64,000 nucleotides of DNA from an uncultured Sutterella sp. (GCA_945834535.1 CAMAHM010000002.1:14829-78828), one strand, 5' to 3'; positions 11,035 through 21,424 are shown, counted from the first letter of the stretch. Numbers and translations: made by a program. Notes: generated by a model from the sequence alone, not told the origin.

Positions 11035-12480
11035 TTAGGAGCCCGAAACGCGGCTCTGCTTGGGCGCTTCGGTGCGCGCCAGTTCGTCGGCAATTTCCTC
11101 AGTAGGCTTCCAGCCGCCTCCGAGAGCGCGGTAAAGCGTGATGAGACCGTTGGCAAGATCAGCCTTGTTGCTCTGATAATCCTCGCGGGCCGACAGAAGC
11201 GTGCGCTGCGTGTTGAGCACCGTCTGATAATCAACGAGCCCGGCGCGGTACTGCTGCATGGCCAAATCGGCCGCCGTTTCAGCCGAAGTGCGGGCCAACG
11301 CGAGAGCATCTTCCCGTGTCTGCGCCGTGCGGATGGCAGTGAGCGCATTTTCCGTTTCTTCCAATGCGCCTACAAGAGTGGCTGTGTACTGCGCCCGCGC
11401 CTTGTCCAGAGCCGCCAGTTTCTGCTCGGTGGCGCTCACCTGCTCGCCCCAATTCAAAAGCGGCATGGAAAGTGCTCCGATCAGCGTCACAAGTCCCGTG
11501 CCCGAAGCCCCCAAAGCGCTGACGGTGGCCGCCTGCGTGCCGAGGTTGCCCGAAATGGAGAGCTGCGGAAACCACTGCGAGCGGGCCTGATAGACGCGCT
11601 CGCTCGCGGCTGCCAGACTCATCTGCGCGGCCCGCATGTCGGGGCGCTGTCTGAGTGTGTCGGCGGGCAGCGCCACGGCAAGCGTCATCGGCGCCGAGGG
11701 CACCGTATCGACTGCCGTGAGGTGGATGTCGGCGGCCGACTGCCCCGTCAGACGGGCCAGGGCGTTGCGGTACTTGGCGATCGACTGATCCATCAGCGGA
11801 ATCGAAGCTCTGGCCTGCTGCATATTGCTGACGGCCTGCTCGAGTTCGGTGCGGTCCGTGAGTCCTGCCTCATTGTTCCAGCGCGCAATTTCAAGCGCCC
11901 GACGGTAGTTGTCGAGGGTCTTTTCGGCAATTTCTTTTTTGACGCGGGCCAAAGCCAGAGCCACATAGTTCTGCGCCACTTCGCCGGCCACAAGAATGCG
12001 GGTATCTTCGAGCGTCAGATGCGCGGCCATCGCTTCATGGCGCGCGGCGCGCTTGGCGGCAATATTGCCGCCCGCCAATGAAAGGCTCCAGTTGTAGGAC
12101 GCCCCGGCCTGATAGCTTTCCGTCGTGCGGTTGTTCGTACGCGTGCTCGAGCCCCTGGCCGACAGGTCGAGCGTCGGAAAGAGCGCGGCCGTCGCTTCGT
12201 CGGCAAGAGCCGCAGCACTGCGCAGATTGGCAAGCGCGGTCAGAATGTCGGTATTGGCCCGATCGGCTTGTTCGATGAGTGCGGTGAGCTCGGGGTTGTG
12301 CCACGCCTGCCACCAGTCGGCAGCCCCGTGCGGCACGCTCTCGAGCACCGGAACATCGGCCACCCACGACTGCGGTGTGATCGACTCCTGCTGCGCGAGA
12401 AATGCGTCGTTGCCCGCGCAGCCCGTCAAGAGGGCTGCCGAAAGGGCGCAGAGCATGCATTGAACCTTTTTTTTCGTCAT
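11035..12480 (-). CDS. outer-membrane efflux lipoprotein (NodT/OprM family)
   Basis: Track ORF trimmed to ATG 12480: MTKKKVQCMLCALSAALLTGCAGN with lipobox LTGC. Two-repeat outer-membrane factor architecture. Its stop lies 9 nt before the adaptor gene ATG. Confidence 0.9.
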   Translation of the reverse strand: MTKKKVQCMLCALSAALLTGCAGNDAFLAQQESITPQSWVADVPVLESVPHGAADWWQAWHNPELTALIEQADRANTDILTALANLRSAAALADEATAALFPTLDLSARGSSTRTNNRTTESYQAGASYNWSLSLAGGNIAAKRAARHEAMAAHLTLEDTRILVAGEVAQNYVALALARVKKEIAEKTLDNYRRALEIARWNNEAGLTDRTELEQAVSNMQQARASIPLMDQSIAKYRNALARLTGQSAADIHLTAVDTVPSAPMTLAVALPADTLRQRPDMRAAQMSLAAASERVYQARSQWFPQLSISGNLGTQAATVSALGASGTGLVTLIGALSMPLLNWGEQVSATEQKLAALDKARAQYTATLVGALEETENALTAIRTAQTREDALALARTSAETAADLAMQQYRAGLVDYQTVLNTQRTLLSAREDYQSNKADLANGLITLYRALGGGWKPTEEIADELARTEAPKQSRVSGS

Positions 12481-12777
12481 GGTCGATAAGGTTGCAAAGA
12501 AGGCCTGCGGACAAACAGACGGGCCGCAGGTAGCTGAGGCAAAAATTTCCCGTCTTTTGGCAGAACTTATTTTCCGCCGACAGCGAGCCGACAGGCATGC
12601 CGCGGCAGGCAAACTTTTGTTAAGAGAAGTGTGCGTGTGCTACGGCTCGGCGCCGTGCGCACCCTTAAAGCGGCGATTGTGCCATGATTACGGGGCCTGC
12701 AGGCGCATCGAACCTCTTGAGGTGACGGTTCGCGCCGCACTCTTTCGGAGCATTGCCATTTCCTGCATTCTTTGCGT

Positions 12778-13476
12778 ATGTACACACGTCCCCCGAAGAT
12801 TTTGATCATTGACGACGACGTCGATCTCGTCACTTTGCTTGTCGACTATCTGACGCTGGAAAATTTTGCCGTCACGCCCGCTCATACGGGGGTGGCCGGC
12901 ATCGCCGCCATGTCACGCGAAGAGTTTGATCTCGTCATTTTGGACGTCATGATGCCCGGCATTCCCGGTACGGAAGTGCTGCAAAACATCCGCGAACGCT
13001 GGAAGACACCCGTGTTGATGCTCACGGCCAAGGGCGACCCCGTGGACCGCATTTTGGGGCTTGAGCTGGGCGCCGACGACTATGTCCCCAAGCCCTGCTC
13101 CCCGCGTGAACTCGTGGCCCGCATTCGCGCCATCCTGCGCCGCACGGCCACCAAGGAAACGGGCGGCCCCGTGCAGGTCGGCAAACTGTCGATCGATCTG
13201 TCGCAGCGTCGAGCGAGCTATGGCGGGCAGATTATTCCTCTTACGGGCACGGAATTGGCGCTTATCGAAATGTTGGCGCACAGCGTCGGGCAACCCGTTG
13301 CCAAAGCAAGCATCTACCCGCGCATTCTCGGCCGCCCCATGGGGCGGTACGACCGGGCCATCGACGTGCACGTGAGTTCCATCCGACACAAGCTCGCGCA
13401 GGTTGCGGGCAATGATCTTGCCATCGAGAGCGTGCGCGGCGTCGGCTACCAGCTTGTCGTGCATGCGACCGAGTAA
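12778..13476 (+). CDS. OmpR/CpxR-family response regulator
   Basis: Receiver domain (ILIIDDD...DLVILDVMMPG...LTAKG) plus winged-helix output (VDVHVSSIRHKL...GVGYQL). ATG 12778 preferred over the track's TTG 12772. Confidence 0.92.
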   Translation: MYTRPPKILIIDDDVDLVTLLVDYLTLENFAVTPAHTGVAGIAAMSREEFDLVILDVMMPGIPGTEVLQNIRERWKTPVLMLTAKGDPVDRILGLELGADDYVPKPCSPRELVARIRAILRRTATKETGGPVQVGKLSIDLSQRRASYGGQIIPLTGTELALIEMLAHSVGQPVAKASIYPRILGRPMGRYDRAIDVHVSSIRHKLAQVAGNDLAIESVRGVGYQLVVHATE

Positions 13477-13493
13477 CCGCAGCGGACCGCGCA

Positions 13494-14915
13494 ATGCTCA
13501 AGCACCTGTCGGGCAGCATCTTCTGGAAGATCTTCGTCGGTTTCTGGGTCACGATTCTCATCGTGACCGCGCTGGCCTGGTCGATTTCCGCCGACTGGCA
13601 CGAGGCGCCGCAAAACTACGGCGCCATTGAAAAGGGGCCCGACGCGCAGCGCGCCGTCAACAACGCGCTGATGATCGCCCGCTGGAACGGCACTGCCGGT
13701 CTCATCGATTGGCTCAAGGATTCCAAGAGCAACCGCATCCCCGAAGTGTTTGCGCTCGACGCCCAAGGGCGTGAGATCACTGGACGCACTGTGCCCGATC
13801 GGGCGCTTTCCGAATACGCGCGTCTGGTGCCGAGCATCGACGCCGTCACCGAGGCACTTCCGACCGGCAGAGGCCGGCACCGTCACCGAATGCTGCGTAC
13901 GTTGGACGAAGGGGTTTACGTCATGCATCTGCCCGAAACGGGCTGGGTGCGTTTTTTTGCTGTCCGCACGGACGTTCCTGCCACGCGTTTTTTGGCTGCG
14001 CTCTGGCGCACGCCCTGGTGGGTCTATCTGACGCTGATGCTCGCCTCGACCACGGCAGTAGCCGGACTCATGGCCTGGCGATTGTCCAAACCTGTGCGCA
14101 AGCTCAACTGGGCCATGCAGAAGGTGGGCGAAGGCAACTTCAATATCCGCATCGCTTCTGAAGTGGGCCGCTCAAACGACGAAATCGCATCGCTTGCCCG
14201 GCGCTTCGATGAGATGACCGCACGCATCGACGGTCTTGTGGCCCGACAAAAGAGGCTTTTCCACGATGTCAGCCACGAATTAAGAAGTCCTCTGGCACGC
14301 ATGACGGTGGCGCTTGAACTTGCCGAACGCGATCCGACCAAGCTTACGGCGCTCACGCCGCGTCTGACACAGGAAATCGGCAATCTGGACGCCTTGGTGG
14401 ACGAACTTCTCACCTACGCACGTCTGGACGACAACACGCCCCTCAAAAAGGAAAGAGTCGAGCTCACGGGCCTGCTTGAATCGGTCGTCGAAGACGCCGA
14501 CTTTGAAGGATCGTCGCGCAATGTGCGCGTCACGCTTAAAGCCCCCTCTCCCATTTGGATTGAGGCGCAGATCGACACGCTCTTGAGGGCCGTGGAAAAT
14601 CTCATCCGCAACGCCCTGCGTTTTACGCCCGAAGGCGAGACGGTCCGCGTGCACGCCTGTGAGTGCAACGGGACCATCACGATCACGGTCACCGACGCAG
14701 GCCCCGGCATCCCCGAAGAAGACCTCAGGAGCATGTTCGATCCCTTCGTACGGGGAAAGGATCAGGCCACGGGCAGCGGGTTCGGTCTGGGGCTGGCGAT
14801 CGCCCGACGCGCCGTGCAGCGTCACGGCGGCTCTCTGACGGCCGCCAATGTCGCACCGCACGGTCTTCGGATGACGATCGAGCTGCCGGCCGCCGACAAA
14901 AAACTTAATTCTTAA
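13494..14915 (+). CDS. sensor histidine kinase (CpxA/EnvZ-like: 2 TM, HAMP, HisKA, HATPase)
   Basis: H-box FHDVSHELRSPL, N-box IRNALRFTP, G-boxes DAGPGIP and GSGFGLGLAI. Two hydrophobic segments flank a periplasmic domain of about 150 aa. Confidence 0.92.
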   Translation: MLKHLSGSIFWKIFVGFWVTILIVTALAWSISADWHEAPQNYGAIEKGPDAQRAVNNALMIARWNGTAGLIDWLKDSKSNRIPEVFALDAQGREITGRTVPDRALSEYARLVPSIDAVTEALPTGRGRHRHRMLRTLDEGVYVMHLPETGWVRFFAVRTDVPATRFLAALWRTPWWVYLTLMLASTTAVAGLMAWRLSKPVRKLNWAMQKVGEGNFNIRIASEVGRSNDEIASLARRFDEMTARIDGLVARQKRLFHDVSHELRSPLARMTVALELAERDPTKLTALTPRLTQEIGNLDALVDELLTYARLDDNTPLKKERVELTGLLESVVEDADFEGSSRNVRVTLKAPSPIWIEAQIDTLLRAVENLIRNALRFTPEGETVRVHACECNGTITITVTDAGPGIPEEDLRSMFDPFVRGKDQATGSGFGLGLAIARRAVQRHGGSLTAANVAPHGLRMTIELPAADKKLNS

Positions 14916-15762
14916 GCAGCGCCAGCACTTCGTCGTGCACACCGCCCGCCGTGCACACAGCCGACAGTTCTGTGAGCGGATTGCCGCCCGAAACGGACGT
15001 AATGCACCCGCCCGCGCCTTCGACGACCGGAATCAGTGCCGCCAGATCCCAGTACGACAGGTCTGGATCGATCATGATGTCAGCGCCGCCCGAGGCCACG
15101 GCAAAGTAGCCGAAGCAGTCGCCCATGGTGCGATACAGGCGCACTCGGTCGATGACGGACTGCATCTGACTGCCGCCTTTTTGCTCGGGCGTTGTCCAAT
15201 GACTGGTGGTGAGCAGTGTTGCCTGAGAAAGCGCATGGCACGCGCGCACGTGCAGCGGGCGAGAAAAAGCGCCCAGACCGTTGTCGACCGTCATAAACGT
15301 TCCGGCCGACGAACCGATCACGCGCACGCCGGCCGCCGCGTGACTGATGCTCGATAGGATGGGACGAAAGCCCTGCCCGTCGTCGCGCTCCAAGGCAATA
15401 AGCGTGCCGAACAAAAAGGAGTGCGTGATAAAGCTGCGCGTGCCGTCGATCGGATCGAGAATCCATCGGTAGCGCACGGCCCCCTCACCGGCCTCCTTGA
15501 TGCCGTACTCCTCGCCGTAAATACCGTGTTCGGGGAAGCGTTCTTCGATCATGGCGCGCATTTTTTCTTCGGCCCCTTTGTCGGCGGCCGTCACCGGCGT
15601 GCCGTTGGCCTTGTCGACAATGGCGATGTCGCGCAGAAAATAGCGGCCGATGACGCCGAAGGCCGCATCAATGAGCTCTTTGAGAAAAGGCTTGTAAAGA
15701 GCACTTTCGGCGTCCGTGATGGGCGCGGTATAGGTCGGATAAGTCACTGTTTCTTTTCCCAT
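14905..15762 (-). CDS. inositol monophosphatase-family phosphatase (IMPase/HisN-like)
   Basis: 285 aa with the family signature WILDPIDGTRSF and a C-terminal W.DLAA-type motif (YWDLAALIPVVEGAGG). Convergent 11-nt overlap with the kinase gene. Confidence 0.85.
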   Translation of the reverse strand: MGKETVTYPTYTAPITDAESALYKPFLKELIDAAFGVIGRYFLRDIAIVDKANGTPVTAADKGAEEKMRAMIEERFPEHGIYGEEYGIKEAGEGAVRYRWILDPIDGTRSFITHSFLFGTLIALERDDGQGFRPILSSISHAAAGVRVIGSSAGTFMTVDNGLGAFSRPLHVRACHALSQATLLTTSHWTTPEQKGGSQMQSVIDRVRLYRTMGDCFGYFAVASGGADIMIDPDLSYWDLAALIPVVEGAGGCITSVSGGNPLTELSAVCTAGGVHDEVLALLKN

Positions 15763-15912
15763 GTGGTTTCATCTGCGGCCCCGAGGGGAGCCGCACTCTG
15801 CGCATTGTAGGCGCGATGCGGCCGCAACAAGGCTCGTCGACTAGTTGAAATTACCGAGGCGAAGGGAGCAAAATAGTCGAACGTATTTTTTTGCACAACA
15901 ACGGAGCACCCT

Positions 15913-17964
15913 ATGTCCAACTACCTGACGGAAAACCTTCGTACTGTAGCCTTGGTCGGCCATGGCGCCAGCGGCAAAACCAGTTTGATCGAAGCGATGC
16001 TGACGCGTGCCGGCGCAATCGCCGAGCCCGGCTCCGTTGAACGCGGCAACACCGTGTGCGACAACGACCCGCAGGAAAAGGCCGCCGGCCACTCGCTGCG
16101 CATGGCCGTTGCACACATCGACACCGCCATGCCCGACCTGACGCCCGTGCGCATTCACGTGCTCGACACCCCCGGGAACCCCGACTATGTCGGTCAGGCC
16201 CTGTCTTCGCTTGACGCCGTCAAATCCGTGGCCGTCGTGATCGACGCCACCAAGGGCATTGAACTCATGACCCGCCGCATGATGCAGTGGGCCGAAGAAC
16301 GCGGTCTGTGCCGCGTCATCGTGATCAACAAGATCGACGCGCCCGATGTGGATCTGGCCGGTCTTCTTGAAGAAATTCAGGAAACCTTCGGCGACGCCTG
16401 TCTGCCGATCAACCTGCCCACCAAGGGTGCAACCCGCGTGATCGACTGCTTTGACCGCGACGAAGGCGAAGCCGACATCATGACCGTGCCCGACGTGCAC
16501 CGCGCCTTTATTGAACGCGTGGTGGAAGTCGACGACGAAACGATGGAACGCTACCTTGAAGAGGGCAGCGCCGATCCTTCGACTCTGCACGCCCCCATCA
16601 CCAAGGCTCTGCGTGAAGGCCACATCATTCCCGTGTGCTTCTGCTCGGCTAAGAAGCTCATCGGTATCCGCGACTTCATGAAGGTCATCATCCGTCACCT
16701 TCCGTCGCCCGCCGAAGCCAACGACGCCCGTTTTGTGGACGCCGAGGGCAACCCCGTCATCACTCAGCCGAGCAAGGATCTGCCCGTTGTTGCGCACGTC
16801 TTTAAGGTTGTCAGCGACCCGTTCGTGGGCAAGATCGGCGTCTTCCGCGTGCATCAGGGCCGCATCACGGCCGGCACCACGCTGTACGTCAACGACATCA
16901 AAAAGCCCATCAAGGTCGCCCGTCCCCTGCTGCTGCAGGGCAAGAACGCCACGGAAACCGACGAACTGCATCCCGGCGACATCGGTGCCCTCAATAAGAT
17001 CGATGAACTCACCTACGGCTGCATCCTGCATTCCGAACCCGAAGTGAACGGTCTGCACATGACTCCGCTGCCCTTCCCCAAGCCCATGTTCGGTCTGGCG
17101 ATTGCCCCCGCCCGCCGCGGTGACGAAGGCCGTATGGGTGAAGTGCTCTCCAAGATGCTCGCCGAAGATCCGACGCTCAACGTCGAACACGACACCGTGC
17201 TCAACGAAACCGTGCTGCGCGGTCTGACGGAAATGCATGTGCGCACCGTTCTTGAACGCATGAAGGATCAGTTCAAGCTCGAAGTGGTGACCTCCAACCC
17301 GAGCGTGCCGTACCGTGAAACCATTTCGGCACCTGCCGAAGGTCATGCCCGCCACAAGAAGCAGACGGGCGGCGCCGGTCAGTTCGGCGAGGTCTACCTG
17401 CGTGTCGAACCGCTCGAACGCGGCCAGGGCTTTGAATTCGTCGACCAGGTCAAGGGCGGTGCGATTCCCTACAACCTGATTCCGGCCGTGGAAAAGGGCG
17501 TGCGCGAAGTGCTCGATTCGGGCTTTGTCGCCGGCTACCCGATTCAGGACATCCGCGTCGTGGTGTACGACGGCAAGTACCACCCGGTCGACTCCAAGGA
17601 AGTCGCCTTCGTGGCTGCCGGCCGCAAGGCACTGCTCGACGCCCTTGAAAAGGCGCGCGCTCAGGTGCTCGAACCGATCGTCGAACTGCTGATCACCGCC
17701 CCCGACAGCTACATGGGCGACATCTCGGGCGACCTCGCTAGCCGCCGCGGTCAGATCATCGGTACCGAAAATCTCACGGGCGGTCTGATGGAAATCCGCG
17801 CCACGGCGCCGCTCTCTGAACTCGACGGCTACGCCTCGCGCCTGCACGCCATCACGCAGGGCTCGGGTGCCTACACGATGGATTTGTCCGGCTATCAGGC
17901 CGTGCCCGCTCAAAAGCAGGCCGAACTTGCCGGTAAGTTCCAGCGCAAGGCCGAAGAAGACTAA
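15913..17964 (+). CDS. elongation factor G-like GTPase (EF-G paralogue, not the str-operon fusA)
   Basis: 683 aa. G1 GHGASGKTS, G3 DTPG, G4 NKID, followed by EF-G domains II-V (…GGAGQFGEVYLRVEP…). GGAG RBS 7 nt upstream. Confidence 0.88.
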   Translation: MSNYLTENLRTVALVGHGASGKTSLIEAMLTRAGAIAEPGSVERGNTVCDNDPQEKAAGHSLRMAVAHIDTAMPDLTPVRIHVLDTPGNPDYVGQALSSLDAVKSVAVVIDATKGIELMTRRMMQWAEERGLCRVIVINKIDAPDVDLAGLLEEIQETFGDACLPINLPTKGATRVIDCFDRDEGEADIMTVPDVHRAFIERVVEVDDETMERYLEEGSADPSTLHAPITKALREGHIIPVCFCSAKKLIGIRDFMKVIIRHLPSPAEANDARFVDAEGNPVITQPSKDLPVVAHVFKVVSDPFVGKIGVFRVHQGRITAGTTLYVNDIKKPIKVARPLLLQGKNATETDELHPGDIGALNKIDELTYGCILHSEPEVNGLHMTPLPFPKPMFGLAIAPARRGDEGRMGEVLSKMLAEDPTLNVEHDTVLNETVLRGLTEMHVRTVLERMKDQFKLEVVTSNPSVPYRETISAPAEGHARHKKQTGGAGQFGEVYLRVEPLERGQGFEFVDQVKGGAIPYNLIPAVEKGVREVLDSGFVAGYPIQDIRVVVYDGKYHPVDSKEVAFVAAGRKALLDALEKARAQVLEPIVELLITAPDSYMGDISGDLASRRGQIIGTENLTGGLMEIRATAPLSELDGYASRLHAITQGSGAYTMDLSGYQAVPAQKQAELAGKFQRKAEED

Positions 17965-18015
17965 CCGCTGCCCGCTTGCGAACCGACTCTTTCGGGTCGG
18001 TTCGGCGGCAGAATC

Positions 18016-18051
18016 AAAAAAGCTCCGCAGAGATCGTCTTCGGAGCTTTTT
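18016..18051. terminator. bidirectional terminator between the EF-G-like gene and dtd
   Basis: AAAAAAGCTCCG-CAGAGATCGTCTT-CGGAGCTTTTT. A second hairpin, CGAACCGAC...GTCGGTTCG, sits just upstream. Confidence 0.75.
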
Positions 18052-18059
18052 CGTTTGGC

Positions 18060-18497
18060 TTAATTTTCAAGGCGAATGGTCACGGGGCCGTCGTTGACAA
18101 GCGCTACCTGCATGTGGGCGCCGAACTGTCCCGTCTGCACCTCAAGCCCCGATCGACGGCACTCGTCGACAAAGGCCTCGTAGCAGGCACGCCCCAGATC
18201 GGGCGGCGCGGCCGGCGAAAAGCTCGGCCGATTGCCGCTGCGGGTGTCGGCCGCCAGTGTGAACTGCGACACCAGCAGCAGTGCGCCGCCGATATCTCTG
18301 ACCGACAGATTCATCTTGCCCGCGTCGTCCGTAAAGACGCGGTAGCGCATAAGTTTCTGCGCCAATTCACGCGCCTTTTGTTCAGTGTCTTCGCGCACGG
18401 CACACACAAGCACCATGAGGCCGGCGCCGATGCGGCCGATGCACTGCTCCTCGACCGTCACCGAGGCGCTTGAAACTCTCTGCAGCAGCGCGATCAC
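18060..18497 (-). CDS. dtd: D-aminoacyl-tRNA deacylase
   Basis: VIALLQRV..., SQFTLAAD and NDGPVTI motifs. I prefer GTG 18497, which forms a GTGA overlap with the tyrS stop and gives 145 aa. The track's ATG 18518 adds MGEGDRE and would overlap tyrS by 25 nt. Confidence 0.9.
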   Translation of the reverse strand: MIALLQRVSSASVTVEEQCIGRIGAGLMVLVCAVREDTEQKARELAQKLMRYRVFTDDAGKMNLSVRDIGGALLLVSQFTLAADTRSGNRPSFSPAAPPDLGRACYEAFVDECRRSGLEVQTGQFGAHMQVALVNDGPVTIRLEN

Positions 18498-19753
18498 TTC
18501 ACGGTCACCTTCGCCCAACGGCGCTTGCCGACCTGCACGACGTAGGTGCCGGCACCGAGCTTGAGTCCCTTGTCGGAGATCTTCTCGCCGCCGATCTTCA
18601 CACCGCCCTGCTCGATGTTGCGGTTGGCTTCACCGTTGGAGGGCACGAGACCGGCCTGCTTGAGCATGTGAGCGATGCCGATGCGGCCGTCTTCGGCGGC
18701 CTGCACCGTCACTTCCGGAATATCGCTCGGCACGGCGCCCTGACGGAAGCGGGCGTTGAACTCGGCTTCGGCAGCCTCGGCCGCAGCCGCGTTGTGGAAG
18801 CGGGCAATGATTTCCTTGGCAAGAAGCACCTTGATGTCGCGGGGATTGCGCCCCTGCGCGCATTCGGCCTTGAAGGCGGCGATTTCGGCGTTGGTGCGCA
18901 AGCTGACGAGGTCGTACCAGTTCCACATCAGATCGTCCGAGATGCTCATCACCTTGCCGAACATGGCGTCGGGCGTTTCGGTGATGCCGATGTAGTTGTT
19001 CTTGGACTTGCTCATCTTGTTGACGCCGTCCAAACCAACCAAAAGCGGCATCGTCAGGATGCACTGGCTTTCCTGACCGTATTGGCGCTGCAGTTCGCGG
19101 CCAACGAGAAGGTTGAAACGCTGGTCGGAGCCGCCGAGCTCAAGGTCGCTTTCGAGCGCCACCGAGTCGTATCCCTGCATCAGCGGGTAGATAAGTTCGT
19201 GCATGGCGATCGGTGCCTGTTCGGCGTAACGCTTGGCAAAGTCGTCGCGCTCAAGCAGTCGGGCGAGCGTGTAGCGGCTTGCAAGGCGAATGAGGCCGAC
19301 GGAACCGAGCGAATTGTTCCACTCGGAGTTGTAGCGCACCTCGGTTTTGGAGAGATCGAGCACAAGACCGGCCTGCGCAAGATAGGTCTCGGCATTGATC
19401 TTGATCTGTTCGGGCGACAGGGGCGGACGCGTGATGTTGCGTCCCGACGGATCGCCGATGGCGGCCGTGAAGTCGCCGATCAGGAAAATCACGGTGTGAC
19501 CGAGATCCTGCAGCTGACGGAGCTTATTGAGTACCACCGTGTGACCGATGTGAATGTCGGGCGCAGTGGGATCGAGGCCGAGCTTGCAGCGCAGGGGCTT
19601 GCCTGTTGCCTTGGAGCGAGCGAGCTTTTGCTCAAGCTCGCTTTCAATCAAAAGGGTGTCGACACCGCGGCGGATCGTATCCATCGCCTCAACAATGTCG
19701 GGCGTGATTTCGTATTTGGGCAGAGCCTCGCTCTTTTGCTGTTCTGCAGACAT
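18494..19753 (-). CDS. tyrS: tyrosine--tRNA ligase
   Basis: HIGH motif (DIHIGHTV), KMSKS motif (NKMSKSKNN) and a C-terminal S4-like domain. Track ORF trimmed to ATG 19753 (MSAEQQ...); ATG 19762 (MQIMSAEQQ) is equally possible. Confidence 0.95.
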   Translation of the reverse strand: MSAEQQKSEALPKYEITPDIVEAMDTIRRGVDTLLIESELEQKLARSKATGKPLRCKLGLDPTAPDIHIGHTVVLNKLRQLQDLGHTVIFLIGDFTAAIGDPSGRNITRPPLSPEQIKINAETYLAQAGLVLDLSKTEVRYNSEWNNSLGSVGLIRLASRYTLARLLERDDFAKRYAEQAPIAMHELIYPLMQGYDSVALESDLELGGSDQRFNLLVGRELQRQYGQESQCILTMPLLVGLDGVNKMSKSKNNYIGITETPDAMFGKVMSISDDLMWNWYDLVSLRTNAEIAAFKAECAQGRNPRDIKVLLAKEIIARFHNAAAAEAAEAEFNARFRQGAVPSDIPEVTVQAAEDGRIGIAHMLKQAGLVPSNGEANRNIEQGGVKIGGEKISDKGLKLGAGTYVVQVGKRRWAKVTVK

Positions 19754-19978
19754 GATTTGCATCCGAAAATAAAAAAGACGCACGCAACCGTCCCTCCGGG
19801 GGAAACGTCCTGGAGAGCGGCAACTCAATCGTGCGAAAGTGCCCGTGATTCTAGCAACAAAGGCTCCCCGCTCCGAATCTCGGCTGCAATTGCCGCCCTG
19901 CGGCCTCCCTCACGACCGTCAACGGAACCTCTTCCTCACGGTAAAATAGTTCTTTGGTTTCACACATTGTATTTTTCC

Positions 19979-21424
19979 ATGCCGTCTCAGCAGCTTATCG
20001 GCAAACAGATCCGCAAACTCGGCCGAACCGTTCTGGAACTCAAGCACTCGCGGCGCCTGTCGGGCGCCTCTGCGGGCAGCGGTGCGCGCCCGTATCTGGC
20101 GGCCTTTGCGCTTTTTTTTGCCGTGCCTCTGGCAGGCATGGCTGCGTTGTACCTGTCGGTACCCGATGAGACGCTCACCTCCACTCCCAACAGACACCTG
20201 ACGAGCGTCACCGTGCGTCTGCCCGACCTGCGCGGTCAGCTGTATTCCGAAAACGTTGCCTACGAGCCCGTGACGCACGAAACCCTCACTCGCGACGCCG
20301 ACACTCTTACCTCGGTTTTTGCCCGTTTGGGCATTCGCGACACCGCTGCTCGGCGCTTTATTGAACAAAGTGAAGCGGCTGCCGATCTGACGGCTCCTGC
20401 GCCCGGGCGCTTTGTGACCGCCTCGATCGACGAAAAGGGACAACTTCTGGAACTGTCGTTTTACATCGACAGTGACGTGATCGACGAAGGGCGCCGTGTG
20501 CGGGTGCGTCGCACCTCCGACGGTTTTACCTGCGAGCAGAGCGCTTTTGACTATGCCGTGGAACTTGCCATGGTAAACGGACGCGTGCGTACGGGCGTTG
20601 AAAAGAGTCTGAGCGAGAACGGCGTCCCCGGCTCGGTTGTTGCCCAGATGCACTCGGCCTTTGACTACGACCGAGACGTCGTGGCGCGTCTTGAGCCCGG
20701 CGACACCTATCGACTCATTTATGAAAAGAAGTACGCCCAGGGAAGCTTCGTGCGTTACGGGCGACTTCTTGCCATGCAGCTTGAGCACGGCGGACGAACC
20801 ACGGAACTTTTCTGGTTCAAAAACGACGACGAAGGCGGCAACTACTACACCGCCGACGGACACATCTCGCGCCGCACGTTCATGCGCGTGCCGCTTGACG
20901 TCAAGAGTGTGAGCTCTGAATTTTCGCCGATGAGAAAGCACCCGGTGACGGGCGTCATACGCCCGCACTACGGCACGGACTTTCGTGCCCCCTGGGGCGC
21001 CATCGTGCGCGCGGCCGCCGACGGCGTCGTAGACTTTGCCGGCGTCGGCACGGGCTACGGCAACTACATCCGCATCCTGCACGGCAATGAAATTCTGACG
21101 CTGTACGCACACCTGTCTTCGATCGATCCGGCTGTCAAAAAAGGCGCCGTCGTCAAGCGGGGCACCATCATCGGCCGCGTGGGACAGACGGGGCTCGCTA
21201 CGGGGCCGCACCTGCACTATGAACTCAAGTTCGACGGCGAGCAGATCAACCCAATGACGGTGCGCCTGCCCGAAAGGCCAACCCTGTCCCCCTACCGCTT
21301 TGCGCAGATGGAAGTATTGGTGGCGCCGCTGCGGGCCAAACTTGCCCTTTTGGCTCGTTCCGAAGAACCCGCATCGACGCAAACGGTCAACACCGCCGCG
21401 CTCACCCCGTCCTCGGCAAACTGA
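19979..21424 (+). CDS. M23-family peptidoglycan DD-metalloendopeptidase
   Basis: The first ~500 codons of track ORF 18470-21424 are antisense to tyrS. The real start is ATG 19979 (MPSQQLIGKQ..., TM FALFFAVPLAGMAALYL). LytM motifs HYGTDFRAPWG and GPHLHYE. Confidence 0.9.
   Translation: MPSQQLIGKQIRKLGRTVLELKHSRRLSGASAGSGARPYLAAFALFFAVPLAGMAALYLSVPDETLTSTPNRHLTSVTVRLPDLRGQLYSENVAYEPVTHETLTRDADTLTSVFARLGIRDTAARRFIEQSEAAADLTAPAPGRFVTASIDEKGQLLELSFYIDSDVIDEGRRVRVRRTSDGFTCEQSAFDYAVELAMVNGRVRTGVEKSLSENGVPGSVVAQMHSAFDYDRDVVARLEPGDTYRLIYEKKYAQGSFVRYGRLLAMQLEHGGRTTELFWFKNDDEGGNYYTADGHISRRTFMRVPLDVKSVSSEFSPMRKHPVTGVIRPHYGTDFRAPWGAIVRAAADGVVDFAGVGTGYGNYIRILHGNEILTLYAHLSSIDPAVKKGAVVKRGTIIGRVGQTGLATGPHLHYELKFDGEQINPMTVRLPERPTLSPYRFAQMEVLVAPLRAKLALLARSEEPASTQTVNTAALTPSSAN

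Noticed and set aside
12467-12474. A8 homopolymer (T8 on the plus strand) in codons 2-5 of the outer-membrane lipoprotein gene (ATG ACG AAA AAA AAG), as a possible phase-variation tract.
   Set aside because: It simply encodes the Lys-rich n-region of the signal peptide (MTKKK). Eight bases is short for slipped-strand switching, and there is no supporting evidence.
15841-17913. 690-aa minus-strand ORF. Similar very long ORFs are 9910-12081 (+), 21292-22491 (-), 27818-29419 (-), 35721-37874 (-), 44971-46938 (-), 24754-26364 (+) and 48771-50084 (-).
   Set aside because: Each lies antisense to a gene with clear family motifs (EF-G-like, efflux genes, anmK, ACD, molybdoenzyme, groEL, hydrogenase, pyrF). 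Their translations are Arg/Gly/His/Val-rich and low-complexity, with no recognisable domains. This is the usual stop-free antisense frame of GC3-rich genes.
18470-19978. N-terminal ~500 codons of the 984-aa plus-strand ORF 18470-21424.
   Set aside because: This part is antisense to tyrS/dtd and has no peptidase-like sequence. The real M23 peptidase starts at ATG 19979 with a membrane anchor.
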